Assembly (NCBI GenBank): GCA_036867785.1
Contig: CP145415.1
Span: 372,001-436,000 of the forward strand
Origin: Plasmodiophora brassicae
Lineage: Eukaryota
Direction of reading: 5' to 3'
DNA: 64,000 bases
A program made the position numbers and the translations under genes. The stretch's first letter is position 1, and the number at the start of each line of letters is the position of its first letter. Shown piece by piece: positions 10,615-22,400 of the stretch. Below the pieces are notes generated by a model. It had not been told where the DNA came from. It ran no database searches and worked only from the letters and a program-made list of their open reading frames with translations.

Positions 10615-13600
10615 TGTGACAAGCCCTAGGCGTCAGGTGGACGACGAACGCGATGTCGACGTACAACACCAAAAAGACAAGTGAAGTGTATTACGCTACT
10701 CAGAAGGCCTTATTGTGAGGCCGCTACATTACCCTCCTCATCGAGGAACGGGTCCAATGCCGTCTACGCGCCCTCTTCGCGAGCGAGACGCTGTGCCAGG
10801 GCAGCCGCGTCCGGGTGAGCGCAGGTACGCAGCAGATGCAGTAAATGTTGCGGAATGTCCTTACGCAAGGATGCGTATGGCTCCCATGAGTCATAATCGT
10901 CGGAGAACCCGCGCCAATGGACGAGCAGTTGCCAGCGATGGGCTTCTTTGCGGATGTCGAGGACTGACTCGACCTCGTATGCCATGTCATGGAAGGCGAT
11001 CTGGTCGACGAGTTCCTCGGTGACATTCAAAAGGGCGTCGGCATATGGCCGGAGGCGTTGAACGTGACATTCGAAAATACTGCCATCGACAAGGTTTTCA
11101 AGGAGCGCGATGTACTCCGACCGCGTGTCGACAGCGCGAGCGGGTCCGCGCCAGAGTAAACTGAGTTTAGGGCCCTCCCGGCGGGGAACAGCGTACAGGT
11201 AATAATCACCAACGATGACGTTGAGCGAAGGGGCCCCCCGGTGAGCGTTGGCACGCTCGTGGTTGGCCGCCCGTTGAGCCGTCACGGCAGAGTGCATGTC
11301 GCGCAACGAATCGCGTAGGGTATGGTCGGAATCGATGACAGTTTGCGTGTCGACAGGAATGTCAAGATACCCCTGTCGAAAAGGGGACCAGAATGGCATC
11401 GAGAGGAGAACTCGGAGCCAGGCCCGTCATGATCTCGATGGGGGCAAGCTGAAGATCGGGGCTGATGCCGTTGTTCAGGGCGTATCGTAAAAGCCGCAGG
11501 AAGGTGGGCCATTCCTTGAAATGGACCCGGAACTCGGAACACCACGAGCGAAGGATAGCGAGGAGGTGACGGTTGGCGGTCTCAACACCAGCGTGTGTCC
11601 AGGGACAATAAGCCAAGAGATGGACAACACCAAAACGGGTGAACCAGTCAAACAGAGAGTCAGCGGCGTGGCGAGCAGTCGGAGTAGTGGTCGCAAACAA
11701 GTCGACGTAACCACTGAACTTGTCCCGTGTAACAAGGACGTGTTCGTCGCCAGACAGGGATGGTCCGACGTAAAGATAAACGAACTCAAGAACAGCATTG
11801 GGCCGATCAGCCGACGGATTCGACCCAAGCGGACGTGGAATGAGGGCGCCATGTTTGCTCGGAAGACAGTGAAGACACTGGCGCACGAATGCTTCGGCGT
11901 CGCGCTTCATACCGCGCCAATAAAAACGGGCAGCGAGAGCCTGATAAGTAGCCTCCATGCCGCGGTGTCCAGCCGAGCCGCAATGAGCGATGATGAGAAT
12001 GCGCAGCTGGAGGTCGATAGCGTCATGCGGGATCCAACAGACATTGCCCTCGGCGAAGAGGCCAACGTCGTTCGGGGAAAACTGACGACCATCAGTATCC
12101 ACGGGAGCGATCTGATTAGGGACGTGCTGTTGCTGAGCTGCACGAATAATGTCTGGGGTCGGGAAAGCGAAATCTGGGGACCCCAGCGGGCAGACGGTGC
12201 CGACAGGAACGCGGCCGACGCGACGAACATGCAAGATTTCGGGAACAGCGTCCGCGATGGGTGCCGCCCAGCGGGTGCACATATCGCTCCACACATTGAG
12301 GTGTCCAGGAATGTGTTCGATAACATAGTCGTGCGCGCTCAGCCGGAGTGCCCAGCGATGTAGCTTGTCGAGGGTGTGGCGTTTGAGAGTTGTGCCAGAG
12401 GATGACGGATCGAAGATGAATGATAAATTCCGATGATCGGTAAACATGCGAAATGGACGTGATGTGATCAAGAGATATGCAAAGCGGTCCACTGCATCGA
12501 CGATGGGATACGCTTCCTTTTCAGGGAGTGTCCATCGACTCGCGGCGCCGCGGAATGGGGTGCTGTAGAAGGCTAGTGGCGCGTGGGCCTGCTCCGGGAG
12601 CGGTTTAGCAAGCTCGTCGGGATGAAGTTGTGTAACCAAGATAGAACAATAACCGGTCGACGCGTCAGTGAACAGACAGCGCACGTGATCGGGATGAGGA
12701 TGTGCGAGCAGGACACTGTGTTCGAGGGCTGTGAGCATGTGCCGGAAAGCCTGCTCAACAGCAGGGGTCCACAACGCCTCCGGAATAGATATACGTTGAG
12801 CCGCACGCTTGGACCGATTGCGAGACGCATGCAGTAAGGTGGACAAAAGTTCCTGCAGCGGCTGGATGAGGCGGGCGAAATCAGGTACGTGGGATCGGAA
12901 CCACCCGGCACCGCAGACAAACTGCATGAGATCAGCGGCGGTGTGCGGGCGACCAATCTTAGCGAGGCCGTGAACACGAGCAGGGTCGTGGCGAGTACCT
13001 TCGGCAGAGTAAATCATACCGCACCATTTGGCTTCCGTGAGATAAAACTGACAACGAGCGGCGTTCAGTTTCAACCCCATGTCAAGACAGCGCCCCAAGA
13101 AGATGCGCAGCTTATGTAGGTGGTCCATTTCAGATGTTGAATGTCCCAGAAAATCGTCAGCAAAGATGAGAAGATCGCGGAGCGACAGCGCGGGACGGAA
13201 GACTTGGTTCATAGAACCTTGAAAGATAAAGAGAGCGTCACCATAGCCCTGAGGTAGACGCTGAGGAGTCAACGGCCCCAAAGGTGAGAGGAGAGTCAGG
13301 GCGTCGATATCACCGGTGATGGCGATCTGCCAGAAACCTTTGAATGCATCGGCCGTGAAGAATAGAGAGGAGCCCACTAAGTACTCCCCAAGGGCAGGCA
13401 GATATGGGATTGGGTATGATGAACGTAGCATTTGAGCATTGGGCTGGCGAAGATCCACCACGGCGCGGAACGTGCGCCCGGCACCGACTTTCGCGACGGC
13501 GAAAGAAGGTGAACCCCAGGGAGACGAAGGGTTTGGAATGACGAAACCGAACCGAACGAGGTCGGTGTAGTGGGTCGTCAGGAAATCCTGATGGAGGGGA

Positions 13601-15697
13601 GGTAGCGGTCGGGACCGAGACATAACAGGCTGGGCGTCCGGTTTGAGGCGCACTTCAGCAGGAGGAAGTTTGACGGGAGGGTCAGGACCCAATTGAACCC
13701 GGAACACGTCGAAGTACTCGACCAGGAGAAGTTGACGCAACTCGGAGAGGAAAGTAGCAGAAGCATGGTGCTCAGCAGCGTCATCGATGCAACGCTGGAG
13801 CGCGGTACGAACCGCGTCAGGATCAAGGGCGCCAATGGGCACCACGTCGAGATCGTGGGCAGGAAAGGACGGATCTACAAGGCTGAGGTCCTCTGATGGA
13901 TCGCCGGCGAACGGAGCAGAACGACGCGCGAGACTTCGTAGTTGTTCCTCGACGTCAATGCCCAGCGCGACGAGGAGAGGTCGACCGAGTAGAACCGCGG
14001 GCATGGTAGTGTCCGCGATGTACACAAGATGATCGTGTACGATGACGGGTCCAGCACTCGTCAGGATAGTAATGGACGGGATAACCGCCTGCCGAGATGC
14101 AGCGACGGGAGCGCCGTCGGCCATAGAAAAGGAGATGTGTGCGTCGGTGACGGGGATAGACGCGGCACTCATCGCGGCCCAGTGGTTAGCCCCAATGATG
14201 GTACAGTCGGCACCGTCGTCGACGCCGGCTGAGAAATCAAATGCGAGATCGCGGACGCTGAAACGAACCATCTGAGCGCGCGAGGATTCAGACGTCAAGC
14301 CAGATGAAGATGAAGCCGTCAGATGACAGGCCTGCGCGTGAGGCGAAGGGGAAGACGGACCCACATCGTACGTCGAAGGGGAGGGCGACGTACACGGGGT
14401 CGTGTCGGGTGGGACCACAGGACGAAGCCAAACATCGGGGTAGTCGCAATGAACGGCGAGCCGCCGTACATTAGCGCGTGTGCGAGGCGCGCCAGACGGT
14501 TGCCTGGCGCCGGGAGCGGCAGGCCCCGAAGACGCGGGACGAGCGGCAGCCCCCGAAGACGCGGAAGCGACCCCTGTACCAGCATCAGCATTGCGGGCGA
14601 CGCCTCCCGACGAGAGTCCCTGGGTGTCGGCGGTCGGCGCAGCAAGCGGTGAGGCGCTGTTGTCAGGATCGGCCGGCACCAGAGGCCGAAGTGGATTGCG
14701 CCACGGTGCGCGCGGCGGCTCTGCCTGACGTGTACCGTCGGACGTCGTCCCCGTTCGTCGCCGGTGGGCATTGTGATGCGCAGTAGATTCGTCGACAGCC
14801 GGTTTCGGATTACGTGGCTGAGGCGCCGACAGAGGAGGATCGCGGGAAGTTACCTCATCTTCCGGGGCGAACATGTAGTAGTGTGTGGTCACCTCCAGGA
14901 GAAGATTGAAAAATGCATCTCGGTCAGTCTTGCACTCGATGCGTTGTATGGCGACGAGCTTCGAGACGCGATTCCGTAACATCGGCGGCCGGAGCGCTTT
15001 GATCATCAGGCGAATCTGCTCTGCTTGTAATTCAGCATGTTTGTTGAAATGCTCGGTGAGGCCATTGGAGGCCAGAATGTCGCATTGATCAAAGAGGTCG
15101 GCAACACTCTCGGTGGCGTCTCCCAGGTGTCGAAAGGAGATGCCCTTAAATAAATCCGTGCTGGTCTTCGGGACCGTCACACGCGTGGCCGTAAAGGCAA
15201 GCAACTCGTTCAAAATATCTGAGTCGGAGGCCGTATCCCACGAAGCCGAAGATTTTCGTAGGGTACGAACCCAAAAATTCGTGATGACCGATGGCTTGAT
15301 CCGATCGCGAATGGATCGAGGGCGATAGTGCTCCCCGCCCGGCAATGCTTTCAAGTCGGCGACAGCCGATAAATATAATTTCCAATCTTGAATAAACTCT
15401 ATCATGACGTCGCGATTGAAGCGATCTAGGTATGGTGCCCTGACGGCCTCATACTGGATCGGATTCATCTTCTACGAAACCCCTGATAATCGGACAGACG
15501 ATCGGGCACACACGCAGCGTTTGCGTTGGCCGAGGAAAGGAGGCACGACAGCACCTGTTAGGCCGTAGTGTCGTATTGCGCAATGTGACAAGCCCTAGGC
15601 GTCAGGTGGACGACGAACGCGATGTCGACGTACAACACCAAAAAGACAAGTGAAGTGTATTACGCTACTCAGAAGGCCTTATTGTGAGGCCGCTACA
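10615..15697 (-). mobile_element. Ty3/gypsy chromodomain element B, defective integrase, inserted in gag of C
   Basis: Identical 114-bp LTRs 10615-10728 and 15584-15697; TSD GCGAT (10610-10614, 15698-15702); PPT TGAGGAGGGTAA; ORF 11362-15468 (RT ADAFKGFW, FADD; RNaseH) plus frameshifted 10764-11399 (chromodomain VHWRGF..DSWEP). Confidence 0.96.
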
Positions 15698-18600
15698 GCG
15701 ATGAAGAACTGTATGCCTGACAGGATCCTCAACAGCATTGCGAAATTTCGTATTCGGAAACCTGTTCAGAACATTACTGATGACGACATCAAAGGATACC
15801 TCGTGAAGATTCAGCGAGAAGCATTGTGCGAGGACATGAACGATTGCGACATCGATGAGCTGATACGAAAGACCATCGTTATGGACATGAAAATTGGTAA
15901 CTGTGAAGCCCGAGTTAACGCTCACTTTGGCAAATTTGATCAGTTTATCGAAGACCATGGCCTTGAATCTCATTTCTCTGGATCCGACGCTAAGGTAAAG
16001 CGCAAGATCAAATTGCTTCGAAAAGGTATACGTCCAGAAATCCTACGCAAACAACTGAAGAAGGATATGAAGTATGGTAACTATGAACACTGCTGGAAGG
16101 ACGAAATGGCGTTCTTTGACCTTGTAGACAAACGAGCCAAAGAGCAGAACCGATTCTTCCCGAAGAAAGTTCCCGATGATAACAACAATCGAAAGAATGG
16201 TAAGACCACCAATGCTCGGTCTAACGGGAAAAAATGAACCACACAGCACCACGAAGAATGACGACATCAACTCGCCGAAGAAGAAATTGAATGGTAAGAA
16301 TGAGACCAATCGGATTCCTGAACATATCAGACAGAAATATGAGGGTAAACCACCCCCTGAAGGCGGTTGCGCTTTCTGTCAAGGACCTCATTGGCTACCG
16401 ATGTGCACCAAGGTAAGTAAAACAGAACGGCAAGAGTTACTGAAGAAAATGAAATCAGACAAAACACCGTCTAATGACGAAACGACGACACACAGTGGCA
16501 ATGAAGCAGCGAAGACGAAGAATAAGCGGTTGGCAACGAGTACATCAACCCTAGGAACTGTCCGAGTTCACGAGTGCGCTACGTTCAACTACGAGTTTGA
16601 TAGTGCATGCACGAAGACAACGCTTTCACTGGAGCAGCTATCGCAGATCCAACGAGAAAAATTTGTTGCGGTAAGAATGTTTGAGAAACCACTGATGAGT
16701 ACCCTTGCGATAGGCAACGTACAAACGAAGATTGTTGGGTACGCTCTGCTTGACCTCAAGTTCACGTCGCAGCATGGAACTGTTGCAACCATCAGACGGG
16801 TCGAGTGCGCGATCTCTCAAGAACCTATGAGTGATGGTACTGTCTTAGTAGGCGTTGCTGAATTGGATGCTTTAGGGATCAACCCCGACACCATCTTTGA
16901 AGAGAAATATTCGAACACCTCGGAAACTGATGTGACTACTTACAGCCGAGATCCAGCGATTGAAATGTTACGCAGCAAGCGATTGCAGATGATCGCCCCA
17001 CAGGATGAAGATGAGGAACAAGATGATCCTGATCCTGGAAAGGATTATGACGTTGAAGTTGGGATATTCAACAAAACTGAGGTACAAATTGCATGTGACA
17101 ACATGATTGAACGTGCACTTCAGGAAGGATTCCCTCCCGACGACAAAGAACGATTGCGCTCTATAGTGCACAAATACCCAATATGGCGAACGAAGATCGA
17201 CAATATGCCACCGGCTAAGGTAACTCCGATGAAACTGCATGTCAAAGCAGATGTTAGGCCGGTTGTATGTCAACCACCAAAGTACCCGGAGACACACCAA
17301 GCGTTTCTCCACCAGCACACAACGACACTGATGGAAAACGGTCTCGTGTACCGCAATCCACATGCGCGTTTCGCCTCACGAGCGAATGTCCATGAGAAGA
17401 AAGACTTCGGTAACCGTGGATATCGAATGACCGCGAATTTTAAACCTGTGAATAGGCAGATTGACCGTATCAATTGGCCCATGCCTCACATTGATGTTAT
17501 TCTGATGTATTTACGTTCAGCTACGATTTTCATGCTGTTTGATGCATTTAAGGGATATTGGCAATTCCCTTTGCACCCTGATTCTCAAGAGTTCTGTGCC
17601 TTCATGACTCACGAAGGTGTTTTTACGCCAACTCGTATCATGCAAGGTATTATTGATGCCGTATTCGCCTTCCAGTCTGGAATGCAAGAAGTTCTTGGCG
17701 ACCTGCTGTATCTAGCCGCATTGTTGTGGATCGATGACGTACTGGGCTACGTCCGGGATCTCGCCGAATACTTCGTTATATTGGAGCGTATTCTGAAACG
17801 TTTCCATGAGTATGGTGTCATGTTGAATCCGAACCGGTGCCACCTGTGGTTGCGGAAAGTGACCTGGTGCGGCCGTGTTATATCTGCTGAAGGAATATCG
17901 TTTGATGAGTCATTGGTCAATGCTCTGAAAACCTTGGCAACTCCTCAGAATGCTGCTGATCTTCAGCAATTTCTATGTGCGCTCAATTGGATGCGTACTT
18001 CGATTCCTCGTTTTTCTGAACGCGTTCATCCCTTACAACAACTACTTCTGGAATCGTCACGTAAGATTCGCAGCCTGAAGAAACGTCAGTTACGCCGTGT
18101 CACGCTTAGTTCGGTTGGATGGAATGAGGAACATACACGCTGTTTCGAACGATTGAAGCAACAATTGGAGGAATTGATGGTGATGGCCCACCCGAAAGAT
18201 GGGTTTATTCGATGTATATTCCCTGATGCTTCGGACCATCATTGGTCTGTCTTCTTGACACAAATTCCTTGTGATGATTTGCCGAAACCACTTGTCGATC
18301 AACGTCATGAACCGATGGCTTTCATTTCTGGTTCGTTCCGTCACAATCAGTGTCGATGGGCAATCATTGAGAAGGAAGGTTTTGCGATTATCGAAGGATG
18401 CTATCGCTACCGACACTACTTGCATTCGGCTGATGCTTTTCGTATCTTCACTGATCATCGCAACTTGATGTATATTATGGACCCATTTCGTTTCTCTTCG
18501 AATTTGAGTCGCATGACTGGAGATCGAATTGAGAGATGGCGATTGCAATTCTGCGGCTCCGGGCAAAAACGCGGCAAACTGCTTTTTGGCCATTTTTGGC

Positions 18601-18720
18601 GTCCTGGGCATCGATCAACGCCATTTTTAAAAATCTTGTGGATTGCGCTGTGTATCCGTTGAGTTTGAGTGTCAACTGTCATACTTTCTATTCTTGGTCA
18701 TGGGTAAGCCCAACGTGCAC

Positions 18721-18753
18721 GGGGCGGGGGGGGGGGGGGGGGGGGGGGGGGGG
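18721..18753 (+). repeat. Poly-G tract (G4-C-G28)
   Basis: Directly visible in the sequence. Confidence 0.95.
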
Positions 18754-19447
18754 ATACGGAGTCCGTGGCGACGGGATGGCGTGTCCCGTATCCGCAGGCG
18801 TAAGCTCCGTAAATAGCATATTCACGGGGAGGCCCGGGTACTGTATCCCATTGTCGTTGCAACATGTTCGGTCGCCTTCTCACCTCGCTCCAATGCCTGC
18901 GCGTCCTGCTGCCTGCGGTCGTGCTGTACAGTCCGGCGACATCTGCCGACATGCGCCCAGCGGTTGATCCAAACCGGGACGCACACGTCCCGACGCCACG
19001 CAAGCGGCAGCGCCGCCCGGAACTGCACAAGAAGAACACCAAAGGCCTGATCATCAAGCCGACAGCACTGGTTCTCGTTGACGAACCGCCTGTTGCTGGC
19101 GACGCCCGTCTCCCGCTGGCGCCATGCTGTGCGCTGGAATGCCGTCAATGGGTCGCGACGTGCCCGACTGTAGCCTCCGCAATTACCCGGTTCATGTCGC
19201 TCACCACACAGCTCGAGCAGAACAAGTTCCTGCACCAGCGCATTGAGCGGTTCGAGTCGACTCGAGGCAAGCTGGCGTTTCGCTACGTGCTCGACAGCCC
19301 CCTGAACGTACCGCGTCGAGTTTGTCTGCCAATTTGGCTACAGTCGTTCATGATTGGAAAGCGACGCCTGGCAACACTGCGAAAGCACTACAAGAACCCG
19401 GACGGCTACAGCGGCCAACCCGTCGAGGAGAACCGCGGCAAGCACGG

Positions 19448-22400
19448 TGTGCTAACGCCGCCGCTGCCCACTACGGGGGCGGTCGGTCGCAAGAGTCGGC
19501 GCCTGGTGATATAACGAACTGATGTATTTGGACAGGATCGTCACAGCAAGGGCCGCTGCGGGGTCGAGTACGGTCATGATCATGTGACCGGGTGGCAGCA
19601 GCATCTGAGCAGCATCATCTGAGTACTGGTACTCTGGATGAACACTCCCCGTGTTAGAAATCTGCTAACAGTCGTGAGCAGAGCGGGTCTCCTTCGGCTT
19701 GTCGTTCGAGGAAGGCCCTGACGATATCAGGAACATCGGCCGCCATGACCGAGTAAGGTTCCCATGAATTGTCGGTGGCATCGAATCCGATCCAGTTGAT
19801 CAGTAGTTCAGTGTCACCTGACGTAGAGTTGACTCGAATGTCCTCGACTGCGTTGACTTGGTAAGCCACGCCGGTGAGCGCGATGTTGTGCTTCAGGGAA
19901 GAGGTGACATTCAAGTGCGCATCTGCATAGAACATTAAGCGCTGGGCGTGTACATCTGAGATACGATCAGTCAAGAGATCTCGAACTCGATACACCCAGT
20001 CGTTGATGGTGTCGATAATCTGGGCAGGTCCAGTCCAGTTGTACTCGGACTTGGAGTGCTTGCCATGGTTGGCCACGAGAACATAGTCGCCCGTCGTGAA
20101 GTTGATCTCGCGAACATTGCGTCGGCGACGCCGGGCGCGTTGCTTGAGATCACGTAGATGGGTGCGTGTACGTGCCACTGCTTTGTGCATGTCCTCGAGA
20201 GAATCGATAAGTTCCGTCGTCATTTCCTTGAGACGGTCAGGGGTCAACGGTACGTCGATAACCGCGTCGATGCGTTTGTTGAAGATAATCGAGATAGGTG
20301 TCGAGGGTGGCAAACCCGTAAACATCGTGACAGGCGCGTAGCCCACACTTGATCGAACAGTGTGATTTACCGTCATGTTGATCAGCGGAAGGACATACGG
20401 CCAATCCTGGAATGGAAGATTTAGCTCGGAGAGGAGGGACTTCAGCAGAAAGAGAAGCCGCTTGTTGACAACCTCAACCGTGCCGTTCGCCCAAGGTGTG
20501 TAGGCAGTTGTGAAATGATGGTTGCAGTGTAACCGGCTATTAAGCTCGGCGATAACCGCGTTTTTGAAGTGTGTGCCGCGGTCAGAGACATGTTGGAAAA
20601 CAATGCCGAAACGTTTGAACCAATCCAGAAGAGATTCGGCGACAACGCTGTGATCCGCGAATTGACAAGGAATTAACTCGACGAATGCTGTAGCGTCGTC
20701 CTTCAGAACCAGAACATAACGAAGTTGATGAGAATCGCCTGGACGAGGTTTGGATAAGAACAGAAAGTCATAGTGGATGACCTTATTGGGCTTGTCCGCA
20801 TGCATAGCCGTGCCATAAGGTCGGGGGATCATCGAATCTTTGTTGCGTAGGCAGTGTAAGCATTTGTCCACAAATGCACGAACAAAGGAATCGAGATCAG
20901 GCCACCAGAAGAGTTGCGCGATGCTCGAAATAGTCGATGCAGCAAGTTGATGACCAGACAGTCCCATATGTGAAATCACTGCGATGCGTAGCTGCAGTGC
21001 ATGTGATGGTACCCAGAGTTGATTGTCTGGAGTACGCCAGCCAGATTCCGGGCTAAGGTGGAGAGACATGTCCCCTTCGAGTTGGAGAATATCAGAAACG
21101 GCAGATAGGTCGTGTTGGCGAATGTAGTCGGTCTGAGCGTTACTAATCTCGTCGACAGACGGCCAGATAAACTCATCGGTCATCTTGTAATCGTCGAAGT
21201 CAAGATTAATTGCCATATGACGAATAGAACGGAACGATGGAGGGGAAAATGAGGAGAGTGGTTGCAGGGCGACGCCCCACCGCGTGGCGAGGTCGGCCCA
21301 AACGTTGTCCTCCCCAGCAATGTGCTCAATGTGAAAATCTAGGTCGATAATCTGAAGTCGCCAGCGCTCCAAGCGATCGCCGGTCGTCCGACTAATTCGT
21401 GCAACCGAGGCTGGGTTCAGAATGAAAACCAAATTACGGTGGTCTGTGAAGATTCGAAGTGCCAGCTTTGACATAGAGATGAAGTGTCTGAGGCGATAGC
21501 AGCCTTCAATGATGGCGTAGGCCTCCTTCTCAATGGTCGCCCACTTCAATTGAGAACCACGGAATGTCCCCGAGATGAACGACAAAGGTTCGTGGTGTTG
21601 CTCACCGTACGGGAGATCAATATCTTCCGGAGGGATCTGCGACAGGAAAACAGACCAGAAACGGTCACTCGCATCCGGAAAGAGACACATGATCCATTCG
21701 TCCTTGGTGTGCGCCAGCGTCATGGCCTCCGATAGTCGATGCTTCAGAGAATTGAAACTGGTGAGATGGTCAGTGGTCCAGCCGATGTCGGCTAAACGAA
21801 CTCGACGTAGGTGTGATTTCTTCAGACTGCTGACAGAACGAGAAGCGGACAGAAGTAGATCCTGTAGCGGATGAACATGTGCCGCGAATTGAGGGATAAC
21901 AGAACGGACCCAATTGAGGCCCGAGAGGAACTGTTGGAGATCAGCAGCCGTGATAGGAGTTGATAGATCGTGCAAGGCGTTGAGATACGAGCGATCGAAC
22001 GACACTCCATCAGCGGATATAACGCGACCGCACCATGTCACTGAAGTGAGATATAACTGGCAGCGATCAGGGTTGAGTTTAACTCCAAACTCGTCGAAAG
22101 CGTTGAGAAGAGATTCGAGTGTGTCCATGTAGGCTCCGAATCCAGATACGTAGCCGAGGATATCGTCGATCCAGAGTAGGGCGCAGATATATAGAAGTTT
22201 CCCCAACACCTGTTGCATTCCCGCCTGGAACGCAAACACGCAATCAGCGATTCCCTGGATGATGCGCCTGGGTGTAAACGTGGCGATGTGCGTCATGAAC
22301 GAGCAGGCCTCCTGCGAATCAGGGTGCAACGGAAATTGCCAATAGCCTTTAAAGGCATCGAACAGCATGAAGATGGTCGCGGAACGTAGGTAGGTCAGGA

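Noticed and set aside
16220-16240. Programmed gag-pol frameshift in element C at GGGAAAAAATGA
   Set aside because: The required shift is +1, it lies upstream of the Gag zinc knuckle, and related element D is a single ORF; an extra A in a homopolymer (mutation or sequencing error) is simpler
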